DNA of 64,000 bases from an uncultured Methanosarcinaceae archaeon (GCA_963721455.1 CAVRJG010000008.1:34749-98748); one strand, 5' to 3'; positions 1 to 11,455 are shown, counted from the stretch's first letter. The notes: generated by a model not told the origin, from the letters alone. Translations and numbers: made by a program.

Positions 1-99
1 ATGGAATGCTTAATTGTAAACGGAAAATGTCCGGACAGAGTTGTTCAGGCAGTGTATGGAAAGCCTGTACCTGGTACTGTAGTAAAGGGGAATATTTAA
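1..99 (+). CDS. 3' end of an amino-acid-kinase-family protein (partial)
   Basis: Frame 1 reads ...MECLIVNGKCPDRVVQAVYGKPVPGTVVKGNI*, resembling the IVNG..P.R...A..G...GT.. C-terminus of the AA-kinase fold. Confidence 0.6.
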   Translation: MECLIVNGKCPDRVVQAVYGKPVPGTVVKGNI

Positions 100-275
100 A
101 TCGTATATCGTATATGACTAGGGGAGAAGCAAAGCGTACCCAAGAAGCATTATTTAAATTCAGTTCATTAAATCTGCTAATCTTAATAAAGGTGCCAGTA
201 AAAGCAGAAAACCGATGCTTAAGGAAGGCGCCTGATTCACCGGCAACTCTTTACAATCTACTATACGCGAAATAA

Positions 276-464
<189 letters not shown>

Positions 465-559
465 ATTAAGGCAAAGTCCCGCATCACATGAAACACGTAC
501 AGAGAAAACAAAAACTAAACTTGATCAACAGGATTGGATAAAGGAGAAGAGGAATTAGA

Positions 560-829
560 ATGGGCGAAGTTGCAGCAAAAATGAAAATTATGCCTGAAGG
601 TGTTGACACTGACCTTGTAGAACTGAAAGAGAAACTCAAAGGCGCAATCCCGGCAGGAGCCGACCTTCACGGGGACATTATCGAAGAACCTATCGCTTTC
701 GGATTAAAGGCCCTTATTGTCACTTTAATCGTTAACGACGAGGAAGGCGGAACCGAAGCCGTAGAAGAAGCCTTCGCAAAAGTTCCGGGCGTCGAAAACA
801 TCAAGATCCTGGAACTCTACCGCATTTAA
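560..829 (+). CDS. ef1b: Elongation factor 1-beta
   Basis: MGEVAAKMKIMPE...EEPIAFGLKAL signature. Confidence 0.95.
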   Translation: MGEVAAKMKIMPEGVDTDLVELKEKLKGAIPAGADLHGDIIEEPIAFGLKALIVTLIVNDEEGGTEAVEEAFAKVPGVENIKILELYRI

Positions 830-896
830 GAAGGAGAAGAGGACCGGACAATGCGTCCGGAAAACTCATCTTTCCATCATTCTCTCTTCTTTAAAA

Positions 897-968
897 GGGC
901 TCGTAGATCAGGGGTAGATCGTTACGTTCGCAACGTAAAGGCCGCGGGTTCAAATCCCGCCGAGTCCA
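897..968 (+). tRNA. tRNA-Ala (CGC)
   Basis: Cloverleaf: acceptor GGGCTCG/CGAGTCC with G3:U70, D stem GATC/GATC, anticodon arm TTACG-TTCGCAA-CGTAA, T arm GCGGG-TTCAAAT-CCCGC. Confidence 0.95.
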
Positions 969-2154
969 CTTTAATACTACTATTTTTCAAATTTCTTGTT
1001 ATACTTATCAGCACTTTGTAAAGCAGGTCGTAACCAGAAGCTTTCTTTTCCCTTTCAGAATAATCTTTTCTCTTAATGGCAGAACATATTTAAAGAAAAA
1101 AATGGACAAGATGTAACCCCATATGGCAGAGCCGGACGAGAAAGGGATAGACCTGAACCCCCACGACCCCAGGCGACGGTTTATTGTGCAGTATCCAAAG
1201 GCGCGACGTTCAGCCAGGCGGCCCCCTTGACCGAGGAGGAGAAGGCAGAGGCGGACGCCATGTGGGAGGAAATGACCGACGGGAACTACAGCCCGGAAAA
1301 GAAGGAATACAAAAGTGAAGACAAAAAGTAAAACAGACTTAATTTTTTTAATATTAAAGCTCAAAAGCTTTACCTAAATATTCATACTCTTCAATTTCCG
1401 GAATATTTTTCTTAATATCAGAATATTTAATGTAGGATTCTTTTAAATTTAGTAACAATCATCAATTTCATAAATTTCCTTGAAAACGTCATTAAAGTGA
1501 ACCTGATTTTCAGGTCTTTTTCTGCCTTTTCGATGTCGGGCAAAAAGTGTCTTCTGATATTGGAAAAAATATATATATATCCTATATTCGGCAGGTCGAC
1601 ATTAAAGTAGGAGGATTTTTACTGATAGTGTTTTTCAAACATAATATAAATATGTGACGTGTTTGAAACTGGTTAACATATAACCAAAATCTCACGACAT
1701 ATATAAACAATGAACCATTTTTGCAATAATGTTTTGTATAAGGGATAATGTGTTTCCCAGCAAAAACGTTATCAGTAAAAATGTTACGAAAAAAACAAGT
1801 TACCTGCCGAAAGCAGGATATATCTATGCGTTTTTTTCTATGTGTTTTTGCTTTTCATCGGGCGGTTACAGACCAAAAGCCCTGTATTCCTATAGTCACA
1901 GGAATGATCGAGTTTAGAGAAGCATCAGTGTAAAAAGATCGAGAAATTTTTAAGAGTCGATTGACTACTCCCACATGCCACGCTATCTCTGCACGGCGTC
2001 GTAATCTGAAAACGTAGCTTTTTTGACTTCACGTATGGGGCAATCACATGAAAATATATATCATCAACACATTGTATATTTTATGAAAGTAGAAGGGCAG
2101 CTATACTAGAAAAGTAAAAACTAAAAATTCAAATATCTAAAAAGAAGGTAAAGA

Positions 2155-2586
2155 ATGAGAGCAACTACAGAAGAAAAAGAGCTAATGTTACTTGATGCTA
2201 TGGAGTTTCTGAGAAATTGGAACCAAGAAAATGAAACTGTGCTGAATCTTAAATATGTGTATAGAAGAGCTGAAAAGCTCGCAGTCGACTTAAATAATAT
2301 GAAAATGTTGGATGAAGTTGTAGAATATACACGTTTTTATCAACCCTCCCCCGATCACCACGACCCAGACACTTTTAGCAATCAAGGTAACGATATTGCG
2401 GAATTACTTGATTGTGATAACAGGATCATTGCTCTGGATTACAAAGGGTATTGCCTACTTTTATATGATATTGATGAATGGGGGAACTCATCTGGCGAAA
2501 TGTATGTAATCAGGTCCGCAGCGAAAGTTTATGAAGTTTTGAGAGAAAAATCGTGCCAGGATCACACGATGAATAAAGACGATTGA
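2155..2586 (+). CDS. Hypothetical protein
   Basis: 143-aa ORF with GAAGGT upstream; no recognised motif. Confidence 0.65.
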   Translation: MRATTEEKELMLLDAMEFLRNWNQENETVLNLKYVYRRAEKLAVDLNNMKMLDEVVEYTRFYQPSPDHHDPDTFSNQGNDIAELLDCDNRIIALDYKGYCLLLYDIDEWGNSSGEMYVIRSAAKVYEVLREKSCQDHTMNKDD

Positions 2587-2867
2587 TTATCCCTAAAGGT
2601 AGAATACAGTCATGGGTTCTTTTTTTATTTGTTTATACAGGGAGCAAGAGCTGTAGCTTGTGAAGCTTTGAAAAGTGTTAAGCTCAGACCCCTGTCAGAA
2701 TCTAAAAAAGAATAAAGATCGTTCCATTGGTCATCGGTTAACGACTTTTATGCACAACTTCGAATACCACGTATAGCGATTTTCCAACATAATTCTTAGA
2801 TATATTACATAAAAAATAATACTTTTTGGCGTTTTGCACCTTAACCGAATCCACATGAAGATCGTTC

Positions 2868-3449
2868 TTAGTGCCTGTATTTGAACTCAAAACCAAATTG
2901 ATTCAAGGAAAATAATGCCATCATTATAAAAAAGCAGATGAAAGAGACGGATAGAAAAGATATTATTAGATAATTAAAAAATCCAGTTTCCTGAAAACCT
3001 ATGTTCATAAATGGGAATATGTTGATCCTTCCATTATATACTGGATAAAAGTAAGTAATAGTGGCACCACAAGCATCATCCAGTAACAGATGAGAAAAGA
3101 AAGCAGCTTCGCCAAAAAGACCCAGATATATTGCCTTACCAACCTTTCTATATGCAATATATCCTGAAAGCGTTCCGAACAGGATTGCAGAAGAACTGAA
3201 TAGAAGTGAATGGGTTGGGACAGAGCCAATCAAGCAGTAGTCCCCCGTAATACCGTTTACGAGCAAATTATAAACGACCTTGATGTCTGGGAACAGCGCA
3301 CATAAGCTACCTACAAATAATAGCAACAGTAAACTCATCGAATCCCCAAAAGAGAATTCCCTGCGAAAAAATGATCTGACAGAAGCATACACAGCTACTG
3401 CGCAGATACAGAATACAAAGAACAAAATATGTACAACTGGATAGGGCAT
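2868..3449 (-). CDS. Membrane-bound metal-dependent hydrolase (YdjM-like)
   Basis: Motifs VH, LFPDI, PTHSLLF, SHLLLD and YFYP; hydrophobic segments. Confidence 0.8.
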   Translation of the reverse strand: MPYPVVHILFFVFCICAVAVYASVRSFFRREFSFGDSMSLLLLLFVGSLCALFPDIKVVYNLLVNGITGDYCLIGSVPTHSLLFSSSAILFGTLSGYIAYRKVGKAIYLGLFGEAAFFSHLLLDDACGATITYFYPVYNGRINIFPFMNIGFQETGFFNYLIISFLSVSFICFFIMMALFSLNQFGFEFKYRH

Positions 3450-4139
3450 AATAAGTTACTCTTATAAAAATATTTCCTAGTTTTGGCAGGCAACTTGTTT
3501 TTTCGAATGTTTACTGATTGTGTTTTGTCACCTGTATAATATACGATGCTTAATTAAAAGTAATAATATCTATAAAACTGCTAGAGAAAATGTATTCAGA
3601 AATTATTGTCACAATTGCATATAATCTATATTCAATAGGCAGACCTTAAAATATGAGTATCGGTACTGATTGTGTTTTTGAAGCTATACGTCATAATCTC
3701 AAATGTTGAATGGAGTTTGCATATATCCCCAAAATTTAATGATAAGATGGGAACACCCCTTCCTCGACATAAACAGGCAGCTTCCTGTATCCGGAAAAGC
3801 CGAAATAATTGGCAAATCACTTTTCAGTTATCCAGAAAGCCTATTTTCCGAGATCAGTCACTTTTAAACTATCTGATTTGAAATAAATCAGGCACAACTT
3901 TGTAAAATCCGGAACCACATCATATACTATTTAAACAGTGGATGCATATGGGCCAATATATTTTTTAAGCGAGATAATCCCGGAAACGTCGGACTAAAGG
4001 ACAGACAGCGGAAAAGTGGAAAATCCGCAACAGAGATTTTTAACCTGGATTTTAAACAATACTGATGTATATTCCTGTACACCCGGCAAATACATAAATT
4101 AAGAAAAATGGGGGACTGGAAGTCATTAAAAGTAGTGAT

Positions 4140-7100
4140 TTGCTCGAGAGAGGAGAAGAGATCGGGGAAAAAGGTAAAGAAAAAATGACGGCTGAACTTT
4201 CTCCTGGGAACCCTAACCCTTTCCTGAAGGTGGGAAAGGAGGGGACGGTCCTCTGTGCGAACAAGGCAGCTGATTCTCTTCTCGAATACTGGGGTATAAA
4301 AGAAGGAGAAAAGGTTCCTCAGGCATTAAGGCATAGTATAAAAAGAGTCATCTCACAGGCGGAACCGAAAAATTTTGAAATTCAGGCAGGGGAAACAACA
4401 TATGCTGCAGTGCTCCATCCTTTTCCGGACGGAGATTATTTAAATCTTCAAAGGGTTGACATAAGTTTCAGAGCCCTTGCGGAAGAAAAACTCCGTAAAA
4501 GGGAAAGACAATACCTTTCCCTGAGCAACCTTGGCAGAATATCTATAACATGTAAAGACTTTCAGGCAATCCTGGAAGAAAGCGCCCTGCTTATCGCTCA
4601 GGGTCTTGACACGGATTTTTCCAGTATTCTGGAACTCATGCCTGATGGAAATTTTATCATGAGGACAGGGTATGGCTGGGAAGATGACTCCACAGGCAAT
4701 ACTATCATAAAAGGAAAAGAGAAGTCTCAGGCAGGATATACTCTCTTTTCAAGAAAACCAGTTGTCTTGAAAGATATTGAGACCGAAAACCGTTTCGAAT
4801 TTATTGAATTTCTCAGGCACCACGGGGTAATTAGCGGAGTCACGGTCCTTATAGGGGATATGAATAAGCTTTTCGGGGTAATTGAAGTTTACAGTAGAGA
4901 AAAGAGAGAATTTACTGTGGATGATATAGATTTCCTGGATTCTGCCGCTTTTTTGTTGTCTGGGACCATAGAACGTCTACAGGCGGAGGAAAAACTCCGG
5001 GTTCATCAGCAGGAACTGGAAAAACTCGTTGAAAGAAGAACCCTGGAATATACCGAAGCAAATGAGAACCTTACACAGGAAGTAGCTGAAAGAAAAAAAA
5101 TTGAAAAAACTCTCCGGAATAACCTGACGTTTCTTGAAACTCTCCTGAACACGATACCTGCACCTGTATTCTATAAAGACAACGAAGGCAGGTACCTGGG
5201 CTGTAATGACATCTTAGCCAAACAGGTTCTGGGACGGGAAAAAGAAGAGATTATAGGAAAAATATTTCCTGAAGTATACACGGATCCTCCAGCTGAACTT
5301 TCTTTTGGAATCCATGAAAATGATCTGGAGTTACTTCAGAAAGGAGGAAGCGACAATTCTGAGAACGAAATAATGTGTGCCGATGGGATAAAAAGGGATT
5401 TTCTGGCAAGCAGGGCAACTTTTCCCGACGAGGACGGAAAAAAAAGAAACATGGTTGCTGTACTGCTTGATGTAACTGAACTCAGGAAAATTGAAAATAA
5501 GCTTCAGAATAACGTGCAGTTTCTGGAAACGCTGCTTGATAGTATTCCAAGCCCTGTATTCCAGCGGGATTTGAATGAAATCTATGTAAACTGCAATGAG
5601 AGTTTTGCCAGGCAAATCATGGGGCTTCCCAAAGATGTGGTCATAGGGGGCTCTTTCTCAGAATTTCAGAAGAGAGTTCCAAAAGAGCTTGCAGAAATAT
5701 ATTACAAGCATGACAGGAAACTCATTGAGAAAGGGGGGAGTAATTATTACGAAACAAAGGTGGTTTGTGCCGACGGCGTGCAAAGAGATTACCTTTTCCA
5801 CAAAGCCACTTATAAAAACAGTTTAGGGAAAGTAGCTGGGGTTGTTGGTGTGATGCTGGATATCACGCAGCGTAAAGCAGCCGAAAAGACTTTTAGAAAA
5901 AGCGAGGAAAAGTACAGGATCGCTGCCGAGCAGACAGGGCAACTTGTGTACGATTATGATATTGAATCCGAACGGATTGACTGGGCAGGAGCCATTTCGC
6001 AGATTACAGGATATAGTCCTGAAGAGTTCAAGAAGGTGGACCTGGAAGGCTGGATAGCACATATTCATAAAGAAGATCAGAAAAGAGCATGGGAAGCCCA
6101 TGAGAGGTGTATGAAAACCGGGGGAAAATACCTTGAAGAGTACAGGTTCAGAAAAAAGGACGGGAGTTATTTCCATGCGGAAGACAGCTGCATCTACCTT
6201 TTAGATGAAAAAGGTCGGGTGCACAGGATTGTCGGAGTAATAAAAGATATAACTGAAAGAAAACTTGCCCGGGAAATTCTGGAAAGAAGTGAGGAAAGGT
6301 ATAGGGCGGTTGCAGTACAGACAGGGCAGCTAATCTATGATTACGATGTGAAAAATAACCACAGTTCCTGGGCAGGAGCAATTGAGGAGCTCACAGGATA
6401 TAGCTTTGAAGAGTTCCAGGGCTTTACCCCTGATATCTGGGCTGACCATGTCCATCCTGAAGACCGGGAAAAAGCTGCAGAAGCCCATGAAAACTGCATG
6501 AGAAGTGGGAAGAAGTATCTTGAAGAATACAGATTCAGGAGAAAGGATGGAAGCTATTTTTATGTGGAAGACAGCGGCGTCTACCTGAAAAATGAAAGCT
6601 GTGGCATATACAGGGTGCTTGGGGTAATGAAAGACGTCACTGAGAGAAAAAGGGCAACTGAAAGAATTCGGAGAAGTGAAGAAAAGTACCGGATCGCTGC
6701 CGAACAGACAGGGCAGATCGTGTACGACTATGATATAAAAACAGAAAAAGTAGACTGGGCTGGAGCCATTGCAGAACTTACCGGCTACAGCTTTGAGGAG
6801 TTCCAGAAAGTCAGTCCTGAAATCTGGACAGAGCACATTCACCCCGATGACCGCGAAAAAGTGATCGAAAATGTAAGTATTTTCTTTGAGAAAGGGGAGA
6901 GGTTAAGGGAAGAATTCAGGTTCAGGAGAAAGGATGGAAGTTATATTTACGTAGAGGACAGGGGAGTCCTGCTCAGGGATGAGAAAGGGAGCGCATACAG
7001 ACTGCTTGGGGTAATGAAAGATATTACAGAGATGAAACTGGCTTCTGAAAAACTGAAGGAAAGTGAACAACGTTACAGGTCTTTTATGAAAAACTTTAGG

Positions 7101-8123
7101 GGAATTGCTTTCCAGATGGGACTGGATTCCACCCCTATTCTCGTGGACGGAAGTGTAGAGGAAATTACAGGATACAGAGGAGATGACATTATCTCCGGGA
7201 AAGTAGACTGGCGTCAGATTGTTCTCCCTGAATACCGGAAAAGACTTTTTGAAAATATAGATAAACTAATGAATGACCCTCTGCTTCTTATGGAGCACGA
7301 ATACCGTATAAAACACAGGGATGGAAAAGTAAGGTGGGTCCGTGAGATTATCCAGAATGTTTCCGATAAAGGCGAAAAGAGAATCCTGCATGGCTCAATC
7401 TACGACATAACCAGGCAAAAAGAAGCCGAAGAGTCCCTGAAAAAAGTAGACGAAATCCGCAAAAAGGAAATCCATCACCGTATTAAGAACAACCTGCAGG
7501 TCATTTCCAGCCTGCTGGAACTCCAGGCAGAAAAGTTCGAGGAAAAGGAAGTTCTGGAAGCTTTCCGTGAGAGCCAGAACAGGGTCGCCACCATGGCCAT
7601 AATCCATGAGGAGCTGTACAGGTCAAAAAATAATGAGACCCTTGACTTTTCGGCATACCTTCAAAAACTGACAGCAGATCTTTTCCGCTCGTACACTGTC
7701 AGAAAAGGCGATGTCAGGATGCAGCTGGAGATTGAAGAGACTTTTCTTGGAATGGACACGGCAGTTCCTCTCGGGATAATTATTAATGAGCTGGTATCCA
7801 ATTCTCTTAAACATGCATTTCCTGCGGGTACAAAAGGGGAAATCCGGATAAAACTCTGCAGGACTGAAGAGAATGGAGAGAATAAAAGTATAAGTAATAG
7901 CACTAATAATATTGATTCTGAAAGTTCAGTTGATAAAAGTATTCAATATTCACTGGTAGTTTCGGACAATGGGTTGGGTTTTCCGGAAAATATTGATTTC
8001 AGGAATACAGGCTCTCTGGGCCTACAACTCGTAAATATTCTTGTTGAGCAGCTGGAGGGTGCAATCGAACTTGAAAATGGTGCAGAGACCACTTTCAAGA
8101 TATTATTTAAGGAGAACGACTGA
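4140..8123 (+). CDS. PAS/GAF multi-sensor histidine kinase (HisKA_2/HATPase)
   Basis: GAF-like N-terminal region, repeated PAS/PAC modules ending DIT.RK, H-box KEIHHRIKNNLQ, IINELVSNSLKHAF, DNGLG and SLGLQLV. Start codon uncertain. Confidence 0.95.
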   Translation: MLERGEEIGEKGKEKMTAELSPGNPNPFLKVGKEGTVLCANKAADSLLEYWGIKEGEKVPQALRHSIKRVISQAEPKNFEIQAGETTYAAVLHPFPDGDYLNLQRVDISFRALAEEKLRKRERQYLSLSNLGRISITCKDFQAILEESALLIAQGLDTDFSSILELMPDGNFIMRTGYGWEDDSTGNTIIKGKEKSQAGYTLFSRKPVVLKDIETENRFEFIEFLRHHGVISGVTVLIGDMNKLFGVIEVYSREKREFTVDDIDFLDSAAFLLSGTIERLQAEEKLRVHQQELEKLVERRTLEYTEANENLTQEVAERKKIEKTLRNNLTFLETLLNTIPAPVFYKDNEGRYLGCNDILAKQVLGREKEEIIGKIFPEVYTDPPAELSFGIHENDLELLQKGGSDNSENEIMCADGIKRDFLASRATFPDEDGKKRNMVAVLLDVTELRKIENKLQNNVQFLETLLDSIPSPVFQRDLNEIYVNCNESFARQIMGLPKDVVIGGSFSEFQKRVPKELAEIYYKHDRKLIEKGGSNYYETKVVCADGVQRDYLFHKATYKNSLGKVAGVVGVMLDITQRKAAEKTFRKSEEKYRIAAEQTGQLVYDYDIESERIDWAGAISQITGYSPEEFKKVDLEGWIAHIHKEDQKRAWEAHERCMKTGGKYLEEYRFRKKDGSYFHAEDSCIYLLDEKGRVHRIVGVIKDITERKLAREILERSEERYRAVAVQTGQLIYDYDVKNNHSSWAGAIEELTGYSFEEFQGFTPDIWADHVHPEDREKAAEAHENCMRSGKKYLEEYRFRRKDGSYFYVEDSGVYLKNESCGIYRVLGVMKDVTERKRATERIRRSEEKYRIAAEQTGQIVYDYDIKTEKVDWAGAIAELTGYSFEEFQKVSPEIWTEHIHPDDREKVIENVSIFFEKGERLREEFRFRRKDGSYIYVEDRGVLLRDEKGSAYRLLGVMKDITEMKLASEKLKESEQRYRSFMKNFRGIAFQMGLDSTPILVDGSVEEITGYRGDDIISGKVDWRQIVLPEYRKRLFENIDKLMNDPLLLMEHEYRIKHRDGKVRWVREIIQNVSDKGEKRILHGSIYDITRQKEAEESLKKVDEIRKKEIHHRIKNNLQVISSLLELQAEKFEEKEVLEAFRESQNRVATMAIIHEELYRSKNNETLDFSAYLQKLTADLFRSYTVRKGDVRMQLEIEETFLGMDTAVPLGIIINELVSNSLKHAFPAGTKGEIRIKLCRTEENGENKSISNSTNNIDSESSVDKSIQYSLVVSDNGLGFPENIDFRNTGSLGLQLVNILVEQLEGAIELENGAETTFKILFKEND

Positions 8124-8161
8124 TTGTCCAGAGGCTTATTCGATATCAAAGGGGTGATACA

Positions 8162-8569
8162 ATGACAAAAGCAAAAATTCTGGTTGTCGAAGACCAGAAT
8201 ATCGTGGCTCTTAACATTAGAAATAAGCTGAAAAATCTGGGTTATACTGTGCCAGGTACTGCGTCCACAGGAGAGGAAGCCATAAGAAAAGCAGAGCTGA
8301 CGAATGCAGACCTTGTTTTGATGGACATCATGTTAAAAGGGGAGATGGATGGAATTGAAGCTGCCCGTGAGATTAAAACCAGGCTCCGAATTCCAATACT
8401 TTATCTGACTGCCTATACTGATGATGAGACTCTCGAGAGGGCAAAAACGACAGAGCCGGCAGGGTATATCTCAAAACCTTTTAAGGAAGAAGACCTGCAC
8501 AGCAATATAGAAATGGCTCTCCACAAACACAGAGCCGAAAGAAAAGAAAATGAAACCGTTAATGAATAA
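8162..8569 (+). CDS. Single-domain response regulator (receiver)
   Basis: ILVVED, DLVLMDIML, LTAY and KPF motifs. Confidence 0.95.
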   Translation: MTKAKILVVEDQNIVALNIRNKLKNLGYTVPGTASTGEEAIRKAELTNADLVLMDIMLKGEMDGIEAAREIKTRLRIPILYLTAYTDDETLERAKTTEPAGYISKPFKEEDLHSNIEMALHKHRAERKENETVNE

Positions 8570-9232
8570 ATTTTTTAAAATATAAAATGGCCTGCTGCGT
8601 CTGCATGAGAAAATTTTAAAGGAAAAAACCTTGCAGGAGACAGGAAGTTAGAAAGCCCGAGAATGCGGAGTTAAAAGTTAAAAGTAGAAAAAATAACCTC
8701 CGACAATAAGGGAAGAATTATCTGAAGGCCTTTTATACGAGAGAAGAAAGGCATGATTTTTCACATTAAAAGCCCGGACTTTTCCGGGATAAATGAGAGA
8801 AATTTGCCATATTGAAACTAAAAGTTTCTTTTTTCAAGAAGATTTTTTACTGAAAAATTCTCATTTAATTTCTATTTCTACTCGATCAGACTCAGCTGAA
8901 ATTATGCTAAGGTACCCCTTTCAGGGATAGATACGCCATTTTGGGGCGGGCATTGGAAAATAGTTTAGACAAACCAGGAAATAGTAAGATTAATAAAAAA
9001 TGAATTTAATAAGTGTATGCAGTTTTCATTGGCGGCATCACAGACAACCGGGGATTCAGGAAAATATTAATCTCAAAAGTATAATCTATTGGCTTGAAGC
9101 CTGGGTTACTTTGTTGAGGGGAGATAAACATCTAGAGAACCGGGCAGAATGTTATCGAGGATTAGATAAAACGGAAAATTGATGGAAAAAGCGGGAAATG
9201 GTTCAAAAAACTAAGATAAACGGGGTGAGGAA

Positions 9233-9622
9233 ATAGATAAAGCAAAAATTCTGGTCGTTGAAGACCAGACCATTGTGGCCCTGAATATTAAAAACAGGCT
9301 GAGAAACCTGGGGTATGCCGTCTCCGGTACCGCGATTTCAGGGGAAGAAGCAATACGGGAAACCGAACTCACAAATGCTGACCTTGTTTTGATGGACATT
9401 ATGCTAAAAGGGGAGATGGACGGGATTGAAGCAACCCGGATTATTAAATCACGCTTCGGAATACCAGTAATTTACCTCACTGCCTGTACGGATATTGAGA
9501 ACCTCGAGCGAGCAAAGCTAACAGAACCTGAGGGATATATCTCAAAGCCCTTCAAAGAGGAAGACCTTTACAGGAATATCGAGATAGCTCTCCATAAAAA
9601 CCGGCCAATAAAGAAAAATTGA
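9233..9622 (+). CDS. Second receiver-domain response regulator (paralog); apparent ATA start at 9233
   Basis: The frame extends upstream of the track's GTG (9275) as IDKAKILVVEDQTIV, matching MTKAKILVVEDQNIV of the paralog; GGGGTGA precedes ATA; in-frame TAA at 9212. Confidence 0.85.
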   Translation: MDKAKILVVEDQTIVALNIKNRLRNLGYAVSGTAISGEEAIRETELTNADLVLMDIMLKGEMDGIEATRIIKSRFGIPVIYLTACTDIENLERAKLTEPEGYISKPFKEEDLYRNIEIALHKNRPIKKN

Positions 9623-9779
9623 GAAGAAGTTTAAACGTCTAAACCGTCCGAAAACTGCAAATTCAAAGCTAAAATTTTCCAGGAATAATTATAAAGTGCA
9701 AATCCTGCTTATATCAAAATTAGTAATATAACTGGTAAAAAATTAAAAAGTTAATTAAGAAAAAGAACGGACGCTTTTT

Positions 9780-11099
9780 TCAGAGCTTAAGGACTTTTGT
9801 GGTCTTCAGAGCATTGGAAACCATGGTTTCGATATCCATTTTTTTCTCTTCAAGCATGATTAGGTCGTAATTTGCCTTTACTTCGGGATGCTCCGGAACA
9901 GCAGCACAGGTGCCTGCTGGCCGACTGGAGATATCGTAGGTTCCGATTTTGCGGGCAATATCCATAATCTCGGTTTTGTCAAAGGCGATCAAAGGGTGGT
10001 AGATAGGGATAGCAAGCTCATATATTTCGGCATACATATTGGCAGCAGTCTGGGAAGCTACCTGTCCCAGGGAAGAGCCGGTGATAATCCCACTTGCGCC
10101 TTCTTTTTTCATAACCTCGTAGGCTTCTCTGTACATCATGCGTTTGCAGAGAAGGCAGGTATTTTTCCGGTTGCAGATGTCGATAAAAGACTGGAGATTG
10201 GGGCCGTGGGGGATCTCATAAGTCGTAAACTGATGCTCTGGAGCCCACTTCTGGAGCTGGCGAATACAATCAAAAGCACGCTCTCTTGCGGCATTCTCGG
10301 CATAAGGAGAATTGTTGCAGTAAACAGGAATAATCATAACTCCGCGTTTCATCATAAGCCAGGCTGCGACCGGAGAATCAAGCCCGCCTGACATTAAAAC
10401 TACCATGCTGCCCTGGGTCCCGAGAGGAAGCCCTCCGACTCCTTTAAATGTCTCCAGGTAAACGTAAGCCAGATTTTGCCGCATTTCGACGAAAATCTCC
10501 TTATCGGGAGAACTCAGGTTAACTACGGGATGTTTTCCTTTTTTTTCCAGGGCACTCCAGACAGCATCCCCACAGGTCTTACCGATATCCGCTGAAGAAA
10601 AAGGATGGTTTCCGCTTCTCCTGGCCCTGATAGCAAAAGACTCGCCTTCTCGAACCAGGTCCTGAGCCAGGGCGGCACACACACTGGCAGCGCTCTCAAG
10701 TGTGGGCTCGGCGGCTGTCACTGCAGGGGAAGTTGAGACAATACCAAAGACATCAGCCGCTGCTCCGGCGGCACGGGCATCGGTACTCTCAATAAATATC
10801 CTGCCCCATTCCCTCCGTATCTGGGAATATGGAATACCTCTCGAATCCAGCATCGCCGCAATATTCTTCACAAGGATTTTCTCATACCAGTTCCGGACTC
10901 CGGGACTTTTAAGAGCGAGTTCTCCGTAGCGGATTATAACTACATCTGCTGGAACTCCAGAACCGAAGTGAGAGAGACCGGAACCAGGGTTATCCCCATT
11001 TTCGGTATTAATCTTTGGTGTGTTCTTGCTTTCTCTTTCTCTCGATGCATGAAAATCAGGCTCAAGTTTTGCTTTTATCTCATTGGAATTGTCTGTCAT
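9780..11099 (-). CDS. thiI: tRNA 4-thiouridine synthase ThiI
   Basis: IRYGELALKS, THUMP region, PP-loop LMSGGLDSPVA, SLGQVASQT. Confidence 0.95.
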   Translation of the reverse strand: MTDNSNEIKAKLEPDFHASRERESKNTPKINTENGDNPGSGLSHFGSGVPADVVIIRYGELALKSPGVRNWYEKILVKNIAAMLDSRGIPYSQIRREWGRIFIESTDARAAGAAADVFGIVSTSPAVTAAEPTLESAASVCAALAQDLVREGESFAIRARRSGNHPFSSADIGKTCGDAVWSALEKKGKHPVVNLSSPDKEIFVEMRQNLAYVYLETFKGVGGLPLGTQGSMVVLMSGGLDSPVAAWLMMKRGVMIIPVYCNNSPYAENAARERAFDCIRQLQKWAPEHQFTTYEIPHGPNLQSFIDICNRKNTCLLCKRMMYREAYEVMKKEGASGIITGSSLGQVASQTAANMYAEIYELAIPIYHPLIAFDKTEIMDIARKIGTYDISSRPAGTCAAVPEHPEVKANYDLIMLEEKKMDIETMVSNALKTTKVLKL

Positions 11100-11455
11100 G
11101 GGTACTTACGGATAGGATGGCATGGAGTTTAAAGTTTTCAGGAAAAAGAATTTTGTCCCTGAGAGCAGAAAACGAATAAGCCCGGGCAACAGTAAAAAAA
11201 TAGATAGAAATTTTTGAGCGTAATAATGCCCTATTTTACGGAGAACTGAAGAAATATACAAAAACTTTAAGATTGCATAGAATAAAAGTGAATATTTATT
11301 ACTATTACTCACTACAAAAAGATAATTTGTTATGTAAATTTCCTGAGGAAAAATTATGCCGATATGTATCCACTGCATACCGGAAAAGATCCTTAGCTTT
11401 CAATTTCCCGGAATTCAGGCTTTAACTGGCTTCCGGAATAGACCATTCTACACTA

